Positions 8,008 through 17,214 are shown, numbered from the stretch's first letter. The stretch is 32,000 nt of DNA from Erysipelothrix inopinata (GCF_014396165.1 NZ_CP060715.1:750001-782000), one strand, 5' to 3'. The notes: generated by a model from the sequence alone, not told the origin. Translations and numbers: made by a program.

Positions 8008-9189
8008 TTAGAAATCTGAACTATCGGTAGGAAGTTGGTAGTCGACACCTAATACACTAAATCCGTTCATTTCTAAGAAGAGTTGTTTAAAAAGTTCAAA
8101 GTCGGTAATCGCTTTAAAATTATCGGGAGTGATTTGGTTCATAATTTCACTTACGATAGCTTGAGTTTTTGGATCTAGCTCGTGTGCGTCTAATCGATAG
8201 AGACCACTTTGATCTAAAGTTGGATTACCTCCATAGACCATTTCGTGAAACAGCCTGTGTTTGTGTTTAATAATGGACTCATGAGTTCCATTTTCTTGCA
8301 TGACCTTAAAGAGTGCTGATGCATAAAGAGCAACAGTAGGAATGAAGACAGATGCTTTTGTCACAACTGTTTTTGAGGACGATACAATAGCTTCGCCATC
8401 ATACTTCTTCATAATTTCTTGGATCTGCATGTTTGTACTTTCAAGGTCTCGTTTCGCATGTCCAATAGTACCTTCTTTATATATTGGATAAGTAATATCA
8501 GATCCCATATATGTATAGGTAATTGATTTCGCCTTTGGTGCGAGAAGATCTGCTTTATCAAGTGCTTGAATCCATAGTAAATAGTCTTCGCCACCCATCA
8601 CTTTTATTGTTGAAGAGATTTCTTCTTCCGTTGCACATTCAAGTGATTCTTCTATGAGCGCTTCTTTCGCAATATCTACAGAGTACCCCTTAAAATCATT
8701 AAGAATTGGCTTAAGTGAAGAGGTATATTTTTCTTGGGTATCTGGATCAATTCGTATTCCGCTTGCGACAGAATATACAACGAGATCGATTTTTTTATTG
8801 CTTGATTTAAAATGTTCGATGACTTTATTCTTGGCATCATGGCTAAAGGCATCAATATTTAAATCATCATATGGAATGTTTTCTTCCTGTGCAAATTCAG
8901 CAAAGAATCGATTGTTGTAATAACCTGCACTTGCAGTATTCCTACCACGAGCTTCTCGTTCAAAACTAACATTGTATGTGTATGCATGAGCATTAAAAGC
9001 AAGGTTAATTCGAGTAGCAAGTCCATACCCTGAACTTCCACCAATAATGAGAACGTTGAGGTTTTTATCTGTAATGAGTGGTAATGATTTAGCTTCTTCA
9101 ATATAATTTTTTACGAGTTGACGACATCCTTGAGGATGTGCATTTAAAGCGATATTGTTACGTATCATCGGTTTTATTACTGTAGTCAT
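8008..9189 (-). CDS. fabV: FabV / TER-type trans-2-enoyl-ACP(CoA) reductase
   Basis: ~390 aa. N-terminus KPMIRNNIALNAHPQGC, dinucleotide motif IIGGSSGYGLATRI, and active-site Y-X8-K (YKEGTIGHAK), all characteristic of FabV/TER. Confidence 0.88.
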   Translation of the reverse strand: MTTVIKPMIRNNIALNAHPQGCRQLVKNYIEEAKSLPLITDKNLNVLIIGGSSGYGLATRINLAFNAHAYTYNVSFEREARGRNTASAGYYNNRFFAEFAQEENIPYDDLNIDAFSHDAKNKVIEHFKSSNKKIDLVVYSVASGIRIDPDTQEKYTSSLKPILNDFKGYSVDIAKEALIEESLECATEEEISSTIKVMGGEDYLLWIQALDKADLLAPKAKSITYTYMGSDITYPIYKEGTIGHAKRDLESTNMQIQEIMKKYDGEAIVSSSKTVVTKASVFIPTVALYASALFKVMQENGTHESIIKHKHRLFHEMVYGGNPTLDQSGLYRLDAHELDPKTQAIVSEIMNQITPDNFKAITDFELFKQLFLEMNGFSVLGVDYQLPTDSSDF

Positions 9190-9204
9190 TTAAATTCTCC
9201 TTTG

Positions 9205-9233
9205 TTGACATCGTAAAATCATTATATTATCAT
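9205..9233 (+). promoter_or_regulatory. Predicted sigma-A promoter of the accB-plsC operon
   Basis: TTGACA (9205-9210), 17-nt spacer, TATCAT (9228-9233). It physically overlaps the divergent fabV promoter. Confidence 0.55.
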
Positions 9234-9249
9234 TTAGTTTGAATATCAA
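9221..9249 (-). promoter_or_regulatory. Predicted sigma-A promoter of fabV
   Basis: Minus strand TTGATA (9249-9244), 17-nt spacer, TATAAT (9226-9221). The fabV SD AAAGGAGAA and ATG follow ~30 nt downstream. Confidence 0.6.
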
Positions 9250-9252
9250 ACT
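9236..9252. promoter_or_regulatory. FabT-type palindromic operator
   Basis: AGTTTGA-ATA-TCAAACT with perfect 7-bp arms (8 bp counting the flanking T/A at 9235/9253). It overlaps the -35 of PfabV and the start region of PaccB. Confidence 0.6.
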
Positions 9253-9269
9253 ATTTAATTGGAGGATTT

Positions 9270-9680
9270 ATGAAAACAAAAGAAATTAAACAACTTATCG
9301 AAATATTAGAATCATCAAACTTAGAAACAATGACATACAAAGACAGTGAATTTGAAGTAACTCTAGGAAAACCACGTGTCCAAGAAGTTCCGGTACAGGT
9401 ACAAACGTTAGCATCAGCACCAGTAGAAGTGCCGATTGAGACAAAAGAAGTGGAAACCATTAAGTCTCCGATAGTGGGGATTTTCTATGATAAACCAACA
9501 CCTGATTCGGCGCCTTTTGTGAAGGTAGGTTCGCGTATTGAAAAGGGTGATGTCATCGCGATTGTTGAAGCAATGAAAGTCATGAATGAAATCAAATCAG
9601 ATGTATCTGGAACCGTAAAAACCATTTGTGTTAAAGATGGAGATATGGTTGAATACCAACAACCATTATTTGAAATTTAA
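9270..9680 (+). CDS. accB: Acetyl-CoA carboxylase biotin carboxyl carrier protein
   Basis: C-terminal biotinyl domain with EAMKVMNEI. SD GGAGGA. Confidence 0.92.
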   Translation: MKTKEIKQLIEILESSNLETMTYKDSEFEVTLGKPRVQEVPVQVQTLASAPVEVPIETKEVETIKSPIVGIFYDKPTPDSAPFVKVGSRIEKGDVIAIVEAMKVMNEIKSDVSGTVKTICVKDGDMVEYQQPLFEI

Positions 9681-11041
9681 TGAAAATGATTAATAAAGTT
9701 TTGATTGCGAATCGTGGTGAAATTGCGGTCCGTATCATTAGAGCTTGTCGAGAACTTAATATAAAGACAGTGGCAATTTATTCTACGGTTGATAAAGAGT
9801 CACTGCACGTTATGCTTGCAGATGAAGCCGTTTGTGTTGGAGATCATCGTTTAGAAAATTCTTATTTAAATCAAACAGCAATACTTCAAGCAGCTCTTAA
9901 TACGCAAGCACAAGCAATTCATCCTGGATTTGGATTTTTAAGTGAGAATGCAGAATTTGTACGTGCTTGTGAACAACTTGATATTCAATTTATTGGACCG
10001 AGTGCGGGGGTCATTGAATTGATGGGAGATAAAGCAAATGCACGTCAAAAAATGATTGAGGCAAATGTTCCCGTTGTGAAAGGTTCAGACGGACTTGTTG
10101 ACACATTTGAGGACGCGATAGAAGCAGCAAAAGAAATTGGTTTTCCTCTCTTAATCAAAGCATCAGCAGGTGGTGGTGGCAAAGGCATGCGTGCTTGTTT
10201 TAATCAAGATGAACTATATGATGCATACCATCAAGCAAAACAGGAAGCTCAAAATGCTTTTGGTAATGGGGATGTATACATGGAATATTTTGTGCAAAGT
10301 CCAAGACACATTGAGGTTCAAGTCCTAGGAGATTCTTTTGGACATGTCATTCATCTTAATGAAAGAGAGTGTTCGGTTCAAAGAAATAATCAAAAAATGA
10401 TTGAAGAAGCCCCAGTACAAAATCTCAAGAATGAAACACGAAGTCGTTTGTACGAAGTCGCAGTCCGAGCAGCACAGGCTGTAAATTATGTATCAGCAGG
10501 AACATTAGAATTTATTATGGACCATGAAGAAAACTTCTTTTTTATTGAAATGAATACACGAATCCAGGTGGAACATCCAGTTACGGAAATGATCACTGGA
10601 ATTGATATCGTGAAGGAACAAATAAAAATTGCGGAGGAAAGACCCTTAGAAATTCAACAGATAGATGTTGAAAGAAAAGGACATTCCTTAGAAATAAGAA
10701 TAAATGCTGAGAACCCAATCGAAAACTTTAAACCTTCGGTTGGGAAAATAAATTCATTACACTTTCCAGGTGGTAATGGTGTTAGGATTGATTCGTTTTT
10801 GTACCAGAACTATACAGTATTACCTTTCTACGATTCAATGCTAGCAAAGCTGATTACTTATGCACCAAGTCGTGATGAAGCCATGGAAAAGTCGATTCGT
10901 TGTCTTGAAGAGATCGACATCGATGGTGTTGATACGAATATTGAGTTCCAACTCGATATTTTACTTAATGAGTCCTTTCAAGATAACGTCTATACTACGT
11001 CTCTTGTAAAAGATATTTTGAAGGAGATGAAGCATGTTTAA
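9680..11041 (+). CDS. accC: Acetyl-CoA carboxylase biotin carboxylase subunit
   Basis: KVLIANRGEIAVRIIRA, the ATP-grasp glycine loop GGGGKGM, and EMNTRIQVEHPVTE. Its start overlaps the accB stop (TAATG). Confidence 0.95.
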   Translation: MKMINKVLIANRGEIAVRIIRACRELNIKTVAIYSTVDKESLHVMLADEAVCVGDHRLENSYLNQTAILQAALNTQAQAIHPGFGFLSENAEFVRACEQLDIQFIGPSAGVIELMGDKANARQKMIEANVPVVKGSDGLVDTFEDAIEAAKEIGFPLLIKASAGGGGKGMRACFNQDELYDAYHQAKQEAQNAFGNGDVYMEYFVQSPRHIEVQVLGDSFGHVIHLNERECSVQRNNQKMIEEAPVQNLKNETRSRLYEVAVRAAQAVNYVSAGTLEFIMDHEENFFFIEMNTRIQVEHPVTEMITGIDIVKEQIKIAEERPLEIQQIDVERKGHSLEIRINAENPIENFKPSVGKINSLHFPGGNGVRIDSFLYQNYTVLPFYDSMLAKLITYAPSRDEAMEKSIRCLEEIDIDGVDTNIEFQLDILLNESFQDNVYTTSLVKDILKEMKHV

Positions 11042-11882
11042 ACATTTAAATAACAAAAAAGAACGCGTCAACAAGAAAAAAATTCAAGAATTTCCGGAAC
11101 GTACCGTCGAAGCAAAAGATGGAATGTATGAAAAATGTCCTCATTGTGAAGAGATATATCCCATCGAAAAACTCGTTAAAAATGCTTGGATTTGTCCCCA
11201 TTGTGATGCTCATCTAAGAATGCACTGTGCTGAAAGAGCACGATTAATTTTTGATGAACTTCATGTTTTTCAACATACCATGAAGACAAAAGATCCACTC
11301 AATTTCCCGGGTTATAAAGAAAAACTTCAAGGCATTCAAAATCATACGGGTATGAATGATGCTGTAGTTTGTGGCCAAGGGATGATTGGAAAAAGAAAAG
11401 TACTTACAGCAATTATGGATCCTAATTTTATGATGGGATCTATGGGAACTGTCGTTGGTGAGAAAATTACCCGACTGTTTGAAATGGGAATAAAAAAGAA
11501 ATTACCGGTGATTATCTTTTCGGCATCGGGCGGTGCTCGTATGCAAGAAGGAATGGTTTCACTGATGCAAATGGCGAAAATAAGTGCCGCAATTGGTGAG
11601 TTCAATGAACAAGGTGGTTTATATATTACAGTACTTACCGATCCAACAACTGGTGGCGTAACAGCAAGTTTCGCAATGCTTGGAGATATTATCCTTGCAG
11701 AACCGGGTGCACTTATTGGGTTTGCGGGACCTCGTGTTATTGAACAAACTATGAAGTCGACACTACCAGATGGATTTCAACGCGCAGAGTTTTTACTCGA
11801 ACATGGATTCGTGGATAAAGTCGTTCATCGAAAAAACCTGAAACAAACTTTAGAATTACTATTAGAAATGCATGAGGTGTAA
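11034..11882 (+). CDS. accD: Acetyl-CoA carboxylase carboxyltransferase beta subunit
   Basis: N-terminal Zn ribbon CPHC...CPHC and carboxyltransferase core SGGARMQEG. SD GAAGGAGA. Confidence 0.93.
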   Translation: MFKHLNNKKERVNKKKIQEFPERTVEAKDGMYEKCPHCEEIYPIEKLVKNAWICPHCDAHLRMHCAERARLIFDELHVFQHTMKTKDPLNFPGYKEKLQGIQNHTGMNDAVVCGQGMIGKRKVLTAIMDPNFMMGSMGTVVGEKITRLFEMGIKKKLPVIIFSASGGARMQEGMVSLMQMAKISAAIGEFNEQGGLYITVLTDPTTGGVTASFAMLGDIILAEPGALIGFAGPRVIEQTMKSTLPDGFQRAEFLLEHGFVDKVVHRKNLKQTLELLLEMHEV

Positions 11883-11883
11883 T

Positions 11884-12696
11884 ATGACGAATAATTCAAT
11901 AGAATGGAAAAAAGTTCAACTTGCTCGATCAAAAGATCGTCCAACATCTCGTGTCATGATTGATTCGCTTTTTGATCAGTTTACAGAATTACATGGCGAC
12001 CGCTATTTTGGTGATGACCCTGCTATTATTGGTGGCATTGCAAAGTTAGACGATCAACCTGTTACCGTTATTGGTGTAATGAAGGGAAATTCCATTGAAA
12101 GTAATCTAAGTACAAACTTTGGAATGGTTCATCCTGAAGGGTATCGTAAAGCATTACGATTGATGAAGCAGGCTGAAAAATTCAGAAGACCGATTATTAC
12201 TTTTATAGATACACCTGGAGCCTATCCAGGAATTGGTGCGGAAGAGCGAGGTCAAGCAGAGGCAATCGCAAGAAATCTCTTTGAAATGAGCCGCTTGACG
12301 GTACCAGTTATTGCGATAATACTTGGTGAAGCAGCAAGTGGTGGTGCGATTGGACTCGCAGTAGCAAATCAGGTATGGATGTTAGAAAATTCAATTTATT
12401 GTATTTTATCACCGGAAGGATTTGCCTCAATCCTATATAAGGATTCGACGAAAGCACCAGATATCGTTGAGCAAATGAAAATTACAGCAGATGCGTTACT
12501 TGAATTAGGAATTGTGGATGCGGTGATTGAAGAAGGTGAGAATGGCCTTCCCCAAAATCTTGTGTCCGTTTGTTATCAATTAAGAATGAAGTTATCATCA
12601 ACTTTAAAGTCTTATAAAAAAATGAAACCAAAAGCAATTCAGAAAGAAAGAATGGAACGATTCCGCAAGTTCGGGGATGTTGATTATGAGAAATAA
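11884..12696 (+). CDS. accA: Acetyl-CoA carboxylase carboxyltransferase alpha subunit
   Basis: LARSKDRPTS...FTELHGDR...FIDTPGAYPG...GEAASGGA. The ATG at 11884 follows the accD stop by 1 nt and is preceded by GAGGTG. Confidence 0.92.
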   Translation: MTNNSIEWKKVQLARSKDRPTSRVMIDSLFDQFTELHGDRYFGDDPAIIGGIAKLDDQPVTVIGVMKGNSIESNLSTNFGMVHPEGYRKALRLMKQAEKFRRPIITFIDTPGAYPGIGAEERGQAEAIARNLFEMSRLTVPVIAIILGEAASGGAIGLAVANQVWMLENSIYCILSPEGFASILYKDSTKAPDIVEQMKITADALLELGIVDAVIEEGENGLPQNLVSVCYQLRMKLSSTLKSYKKMKPKAIQKERMERFRKFGDVDYEK

Positions 12697-13648
12697 AATA
12701 ATCCGAACAGGAAGTTTTATTCCAGAGACAAAGATTACAAATTTTGATTTGGAAAAGATTATGGATACTTCTGATACATGGATTCGTCAGCGAACGGGTA
12801 TTGAATCAAGATATTTTTCAGAAGCCGGTGCAACTGAAATGGGCTACCAATCAGCACTCAAAGCTATGGAAGGAATTGATGTGGAAAGCATCGATTTCTT
12901 GATTGTTTGTACGTACACGAGTGACACATTCATTCCTTCTTGTGCTCACGAGATTCGAGCAAAACTTGGCATTCAAAGACCAATTCCAGCATTTGATCTT
13001 AACGCTGCATGTAGTGGCTTTGTTTATGGTATTCACGTTGCTGATGCCATGATGAAGACAGGAATCTACAAAAGAGCATTGGTAATAGGGGTGGATCAAA
13101 ATTCACGTTACTTAAACTTTGAAGACAGAAGTACGTCAATATTGTTTGGTGATGGTGCTGGTGCAGTTATATTGGAATCAAGCCATGAGGTTGGAATTGT
13201 AAGTTCAAGTATTTTTAGTGAGACCGACACGAGCAGTAGCATTGTTTCGAGAAACACGACACAAACAAACAATCCATTCTTGAAGGTGGATTCAAGTGAT
13301 CCGAATTTTAAGATGGAAGGTTCTACGGTATTTAAGTTTGCGGTGAAGTCCTTTAAACAGTGTGTTTCATTAGTGATGAACCAACATGATGTGAATTCAG
13401 ATGACATTGACTTCGTTGTTGCCCACCAAGCCAATCAACGTATTATTGATACAGCCGCTAAAATGTTAAGGATGCCATTGGAAAAGTTCCCAACTAATTT
13501 AGATAAGTACGGAAACACCTCTGCTGCATCAATTCCAATTGTACTTGATGAACTGAATCGAAGTGGGCAACTGGAGTGTGGGATGAAAGTTATTCTCGTA
13601 GCTTTTGGTGGTGGACTCAGTTATGGTGTAAGTTATTTAGAATGGTAA
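12686..13648 (+). CDS. fabH: 3-oxoacyl-ACP synthase III
   Basis: Active-site Cys in NAACSGF, His in VAHQAN, and YGNTSAASIP. The ATG at 12686 has GGGGA 8 nt upstream. The alternative start at 12677 is possible. Confidence 0.92.
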   Translation: MRNKIIRTGSFIPETKITNFDLEKIMDTSDTWIRQRTGIESRYFSEAGATEMGYQSALKAMEGIDVESIDFLIVCTYTSDTFIPSCAHEIRAKLGIQRPIPAFDLNAACSGFVYGIHVADAMMKTGIYKRALVIGVDQNSRYLNFEDRSTSILFGDGAGAVILESSHEVGIVSSSIFSETDTSSSIVSRNTTQTNNPFLKVDSSDPNFKMEGSTVFKFAVKSFKQCVSLVMNQHDVNSDDIDFVVAHQANQRIIDTAAKMLRMPLEKFPTNLDKYGNTSAASIPIVLDELNRSGQLECGMKVILVAFGGGLSYGVSYLEW

Positions 13649-13649
13649 A

Positions 13650-13696
13650 ACCTTGATAATCAAAGTAAATTTATGATATAGTTTGATAGTCAAAGT
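13650..13696. promoter_or_regulatory. Two tandem FabT-type operators upstream of acpP
   Basis: ACCTTGATAATCAAAGT (13650-13666) and AGTTTGATAGTCAAAGT (13680-13696), centres exactly 30 bp apart. Each sits inside a direct repeat TTGATA(A/G)TCAAAGTAAAT. Confidence 0.6.
13653..13682 (+). promoter_or_regulatory. Predicted internal sigma-A promoter for acpP and downstream genes
   Basis: TTGATA (13653-13658), 18-nt spacer, TG-extended TATAGT (TG at 13674-13675, -10 at 13677-13682). The -35 lies in operator 1 and the -10 abuts operator 2. Confidence 0.55.
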
Positions 13697-13713
13697 AAAT
13701 ATAGGAGATAAAC

Positions 13714-13935
13714 ATGAAAGATAAAATTAAAGAAATAGTTTCAGAAATATTAGATGTAGAAGTTGAGAACATTGCGGATGATGCGTTAATTCTTGACGAT
13801 TTAGGAGCTGACTCAATTGCAGTTATGGAAATCGTCATGGAACTTGAAGGTGAATATGATGTGGAAGTACCTACAGAAGATATTCTTAACCTAAAAACAG
13901 TTAATGAAATTGTCGCTTACATTGAAGCAAAATAA
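13714..13935 (+). CDS. acpP: Acyl carrier protein
   Basis: 73 aa, acidic, with phosphopantetheine attachment motif LGADSIAVMEIV. SD AGGAGA. Confidence 0.95.
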   Translation: MKDKIKEIVSEILDVEVENIADDALILDDLGADSIAVMEIVMELEGEYDVEVPTEDILNLKTVNEIVAYIEAK

Positions 13936-13936
13936 T

Positions 13937-14842
13937 ATGAACACTGTATATCTATTTGCTGGCCAAGGCCAGCAATTTCTAAATATGGGCTCAGATCTTT
14001 ACAATCGTTATGATTGTGTAAAAAAAAGATACGATGAGGCGACAGATGTATTAGGTTATGATGTTCTAAATTTGTCAGCCGAACAGCTTAATGAAACGCA
14101 ATATACGCAGCCAGCATTGTTTGTATTAGAAGCAGCGATTACTGATTATTTAAATGAACAGGGTATAAGTTATGATGCAGTAACTGGTTTGTCATTAGGT
14201 GAATATGGCGCACTTTATGCTGCAGGTGTTATTTCATTTACTGATGGACTCGAGATTGTTTCTAAGCGAGGAAAAATGATGCAATCGGCTTTTGAACCTT
14301 ATGAAACAAGTATGGCTGCAGTATTAAAAACAGACTTTGAATTGATCAAGCCTTACCTCAGTAAAGGAAATGTGGAAGTCTGCAACTTTAATACTCAACA
14401 ACAAATTGTGATTGGTGGAAAGCGTGAAGAACTTGAAGCAACTATCGAAACCATGAAATCTGATGGAATTAAACGTGTAATTCCTTTAAATGTTTCAGTT
14501 GTAAGCCATATGAGTTTATTGAAAGAAACGTCTAAAGAACTCTTTAAAGTTTTAAAGGAAGCAAAGTTTAAAGAACCACAGGTCGTATTCGTTAATAACC
14601 TTGAAGGTACTTCGCAAAGTTCTGGATTTATTGAGACTTTATCAAGACATATCAGTGAACCAACACATTTTGAGACATCTATTCTAGGTTTATTAGAACA
14701 AGGGGTACGAAAATTTGTAGAAATAGGTCCCAAGGGATCGCTATCGAAATTAGTTAAAGACATTAGCAAACAAAAAGACATACAGGTGGAGACATGGAAT
14801 CTGTATGATGTTGAAACAGTGGAGGAATTTATCCATGAGTAA
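13937..14842 (+). CDS. fabD: Malonyl-CoA:ACP transacylase
   Basis: LFAGQGQQ and the active-site GLSLGEY. The ATG at 13937 is 1 nt after the acpP stop. The ORF-track start at 13904 would overlap acpP. Confidence 0.93.
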   Translation: MNTVYLFAGQGQQFLNMGSDLYNRYDCVKKRYDEATDVLGYDVLNLSAEQLNETQYTQPALFVLEAAITDYLNEQGISYDAVTGLSLGEYGALYAAGVISFTDGLEIVSKRGKMMQSAFEPYETSMAAVLKTDFELIKPYLSKGNVEVCNFNTQQQIVIGGKREELEATIETMKSDGIKRVIPLNVSVVSHMSLLKETSKELFKVLKEAKFKEPQVVFVNNLEGTSQSSGFIETLSRHISEPTHFETSILGLLEQGVRKFVEIGPKGSLSKLVKDISKQKDIQVETWNLYDVETVEEFIHE

Positions 14843-15557
14843 ATTAGCAATTGTAACAGGAGCGACAAAAGGAATTGGTCTTGCTATTGCAACCCAACTT
14901 CAAAAAGATGGTTATATGGTTTACGGAACCTACGTTAGTTCCTACTCGGACCAGGAAATCGCTGTTCTTGAAACAGAATCGTTTAAGTTATTTCAGGTAG
15001 ATGCGAAACGCATGGAAGCCTGTACTGATTTTATTAAAAAAGTAGATGCATCTGAATATCAACTTGAAGTACTTGTGAACAATGCTGGCGTCGTACGTGA
15101 TCAATTATTAATTCGTATGTCAGAGTCGGAATTTGATGACGTAATTGAGACGAATCTAAAAGGTGTTTTCAATATGACCCAAGTGTGCAGTAAAACCTTA
15201 ATTCGAAAGAAAAAGGGCTCAATTGTAAATATTAGTTCAGTTGTTGGACTAATTGGTAATAGTGGTCAAGCAAACTACGCCGCAAGTAAAGCGGGAGTTA
15301 TTGGTTTTTCTAAGAGTCTAGCCCGAGAATTTGCAAGCAGAAATGTTCGCGTTAATTGTATCGCTCCTGGGTTTATAGAAACAGCAATGACCGATTCGTT
15401 ATCGGGAACTCATATTGAATCTATAAAGAATCAAATTGCTCTAGGAAGACTTGGAAAAGCGGAAGATATTGCGAACGCTGTAAGCTTCTTGGTGAGTGAT
15501 AAAGCAAATTATATAACAGGACAAACACTCAATGTTTGTGGCGGGATGGTGATGTAA
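14835..15557 (+). CDS. fabG: 3-oxoacyl-ACP reductase
   Basis: SDR motifs TGATKGIG, NNAG and YAASKAG. The ATG at 14835 is preceded by GGAGGAA. Confidence 0.93.
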   Translation: MSKLAIVTGATKGIGLAIATQLQKDGYMVYGTYVSSYSDQEIAVLETESFKLFQVDAKRMEACTDFIKKVDASEYQLEVLVNNAGVVRDQLLIRMSESEFDDVIETNLKGVFNMTQVCSKTLIRKKKGSIVNISSVVGLIGNSGQANYAASKAGVIGFSKSLAREFASRNVRVNCIAPGFIETAMTDSLSGTHIESIKNQIALGRLGKAEDIANAVSFLVSDKANYITGQTLNVCGGMVM

Positions 15558-16799
15558 ATGAAGAATAGAGTTGTAATTACCGGTATGGGAATTGTTAGTC
15601 CTCTTGGAAATAATGTCGATGAGGCCTATAAAAATGCTATTGCAGGTAAAAATACTATTGAAAAAATAACCAGCTTTCCTGTCGAGGATTTAAAAGTAAA
15701 AATTGCTGCTCAAGTTCAAGATTTTGAACCTGAAAAATATCTATCCAAAAGAGAAATTCGACGTCAAGATCGCTTTAGTCAATTTGCGGTGTATGCTGCT
15801 TCTGAAGCTTTTGCAGACGCTAATTTTGATGAAACCTTAGACCCAGATAGAATTGGTGTAATCATCGGTTCGGGTATGGGTGGCATGATCACATTTGCCA
15901 ACAACATTGAAAATGCTGTGGAAAAAGGTTACCAAAAAATTCAACCCATGTTTATACCTATGATTATTCCGAACATGGCAGCAGGAAATGTTGCCATCGC
16001 TCTTAATGCTCAGGGTCACAGTTCTTGTGTAACAACAGCGTGTGCTGCTGGAACCCATGCAATTGGTGACGCTTTCCGTATGATTCAATATGGTGAAGCA
16101 GATGTCATGGTAGCGGGAGGCAGTGAAGCTGGAGTGTCTCCATATACACTTGCAGGATTCAATGCTTTAACTGCTTTAAGCAATCAAGAGGACCCTCATA
16201 GAGCGTCGCGTCCGTTTGATAAAAATAGAGATGGATTTGTATTGGGTGAAGGTTCAGGAGTTCTGATTCTTGAATCGTTAAAACATGCCTTAAAGCGTGG
16301 TGCGAATATTTATGCAGAAATTGTTGGCTATGGATCAACATGTGATGCATATCATATTACGGCACCAAGTGGAGAGGGCGCTCGTAAAGCAATTCAAAAG
16401 GCACTCGATGATGCAAAAACAGAAGCAAGAGAGATTGACTATATTAATGCACATGGAACCAGTACACCCCTGAATGATGAATTTGAAACAAAGGCTATTA
16501 AAGATGTGTTTAAAGAGTCCGCATCAAAGGTATCAATATCTTCTACAAAATCAATGCATGGCCATGCACTTGGTGGTACCGGCGGTATTGAAGCAGTTCT
16601 GACCATAAAGACAATTCAAAACAGTATCATTCCACCTACAATTAATTACGATACAGTTGATGAAACTTGTGATCTCGACTATACCCCAAATGTTGCACGT
16701 GAGAGAAATGTTGACTATGCAATGAGTAACTCATTAGGGTTTGGTGGTCATAATGCTGTCGTTATCTTTAAAAAATATGAGGAGGAACATAATGCTTAA
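15558..16799 (+). CDS. fabF: 3-oxoacyl-ACP synthase II
   Basis: KAS I/II fold. Active-site Cys in TACAAG, His residues in YINAHGTSTP and MHGHALG, C-terminal GFGGHNA. Confidence 0.95.
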   Translation: MKNRVVITGMGIVSPLGNNVDEAYKNAIAGKNTIEKITSFPVEDLKVKIAAQVQDFEPEKYLSKREIRRQDRFSQFAVYAASEAFADANFDETLDPDRIGVIIGSGMGGMITFANNIENAVEKGYQKIQPMFIPMIIPNMAAGNVAIALNAQGHSSCVTTACAAGTHAIGDAFRMIQYGEADVMVAGGSEAGVSPYTLAGFNALTALSNQEDPHRASRPFDKNRDGFVLGEGSGVLILESLKHALKRGANIYAEIVGYGSTCDAYHITAPSGEGARKAIQKALDDAKTEAREIDYINAHGTSTPLNDEFETKAIKDVFKESASKVSISSTKSMHGHALGGTGGIEAVLTIKTIQNSIIPPTINYDTVDETCDLDYTPNVARERNVDYAMSNSLGFGGHNAVVIFKKYEEEHNA

Positions 16800-17214
16800 T
16801 TCAAATGAAATTCAACAAATTATTCCTCATCGTTATCCATTCTTACTTGTAGATCGTGTTTTAGAAATGGATGAAACAAGTATTACTGCAATTAAGAATG
16901 TGAGTGTCAATGAAATGCAGTTTATGGGCCACTTCCCAGAAAAACATGTGATGCCTGGTGTACTCATAACAGAAGCACTTGCGCAAGCAGGGGCAATTGT
17001 TCTTTTGTCAAAAGAAGAGTATAAAGGGAAAATTGCATATTTTGTAGGCATTGATAATTTTAAGTTTCGTAAACAAGTGACTCCAGGAGATCAACTCATC
17101 TTGAATGTTGAACTCGTGAAGCTCAAAAGTATTATGGGAATTGCTGAGGCAAAAGCTACGGTTAATGGTGAAGTATGTGCGTCTGGAACCATTAAATTTG
17201 CAATTGGAGAGTGA
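16792..17214 (+). CDS. fabZ: 3-hydroxyacyl-ACP dehydratase
   Basis: IIPHRYPFLLVD...FMGHFP...PGVLITEALAQ. The ATG at 16792 is preceded by GAGGAGGA and overlaps the fabF stop. Confidence 0.95.
   Translation: MLNSNEIQQIIPHRYPFLLVDRVLEMDETSITAIKNVSVNEMQFMGHFPEKHVMPGVLITEALAQAGAIVLLSKEEYKGKIAYFVGIDNFKFRKQVTPGDQLILNVELVKLKSIMGIAEAKATVNGEVCASGTIKFAIGE

Noticed and set aside
11884-12696. AccA appearing N-terminally truncated (~270 aa versus ~320 aa in E. coli or B. subtilis), considered as a pseudogene.
   Set aside because: The catalytic core motifs are intact. The gene is translationally coupled on both sides. The missing part is only the N-terminal helical extension, which is probably a lineage feature.
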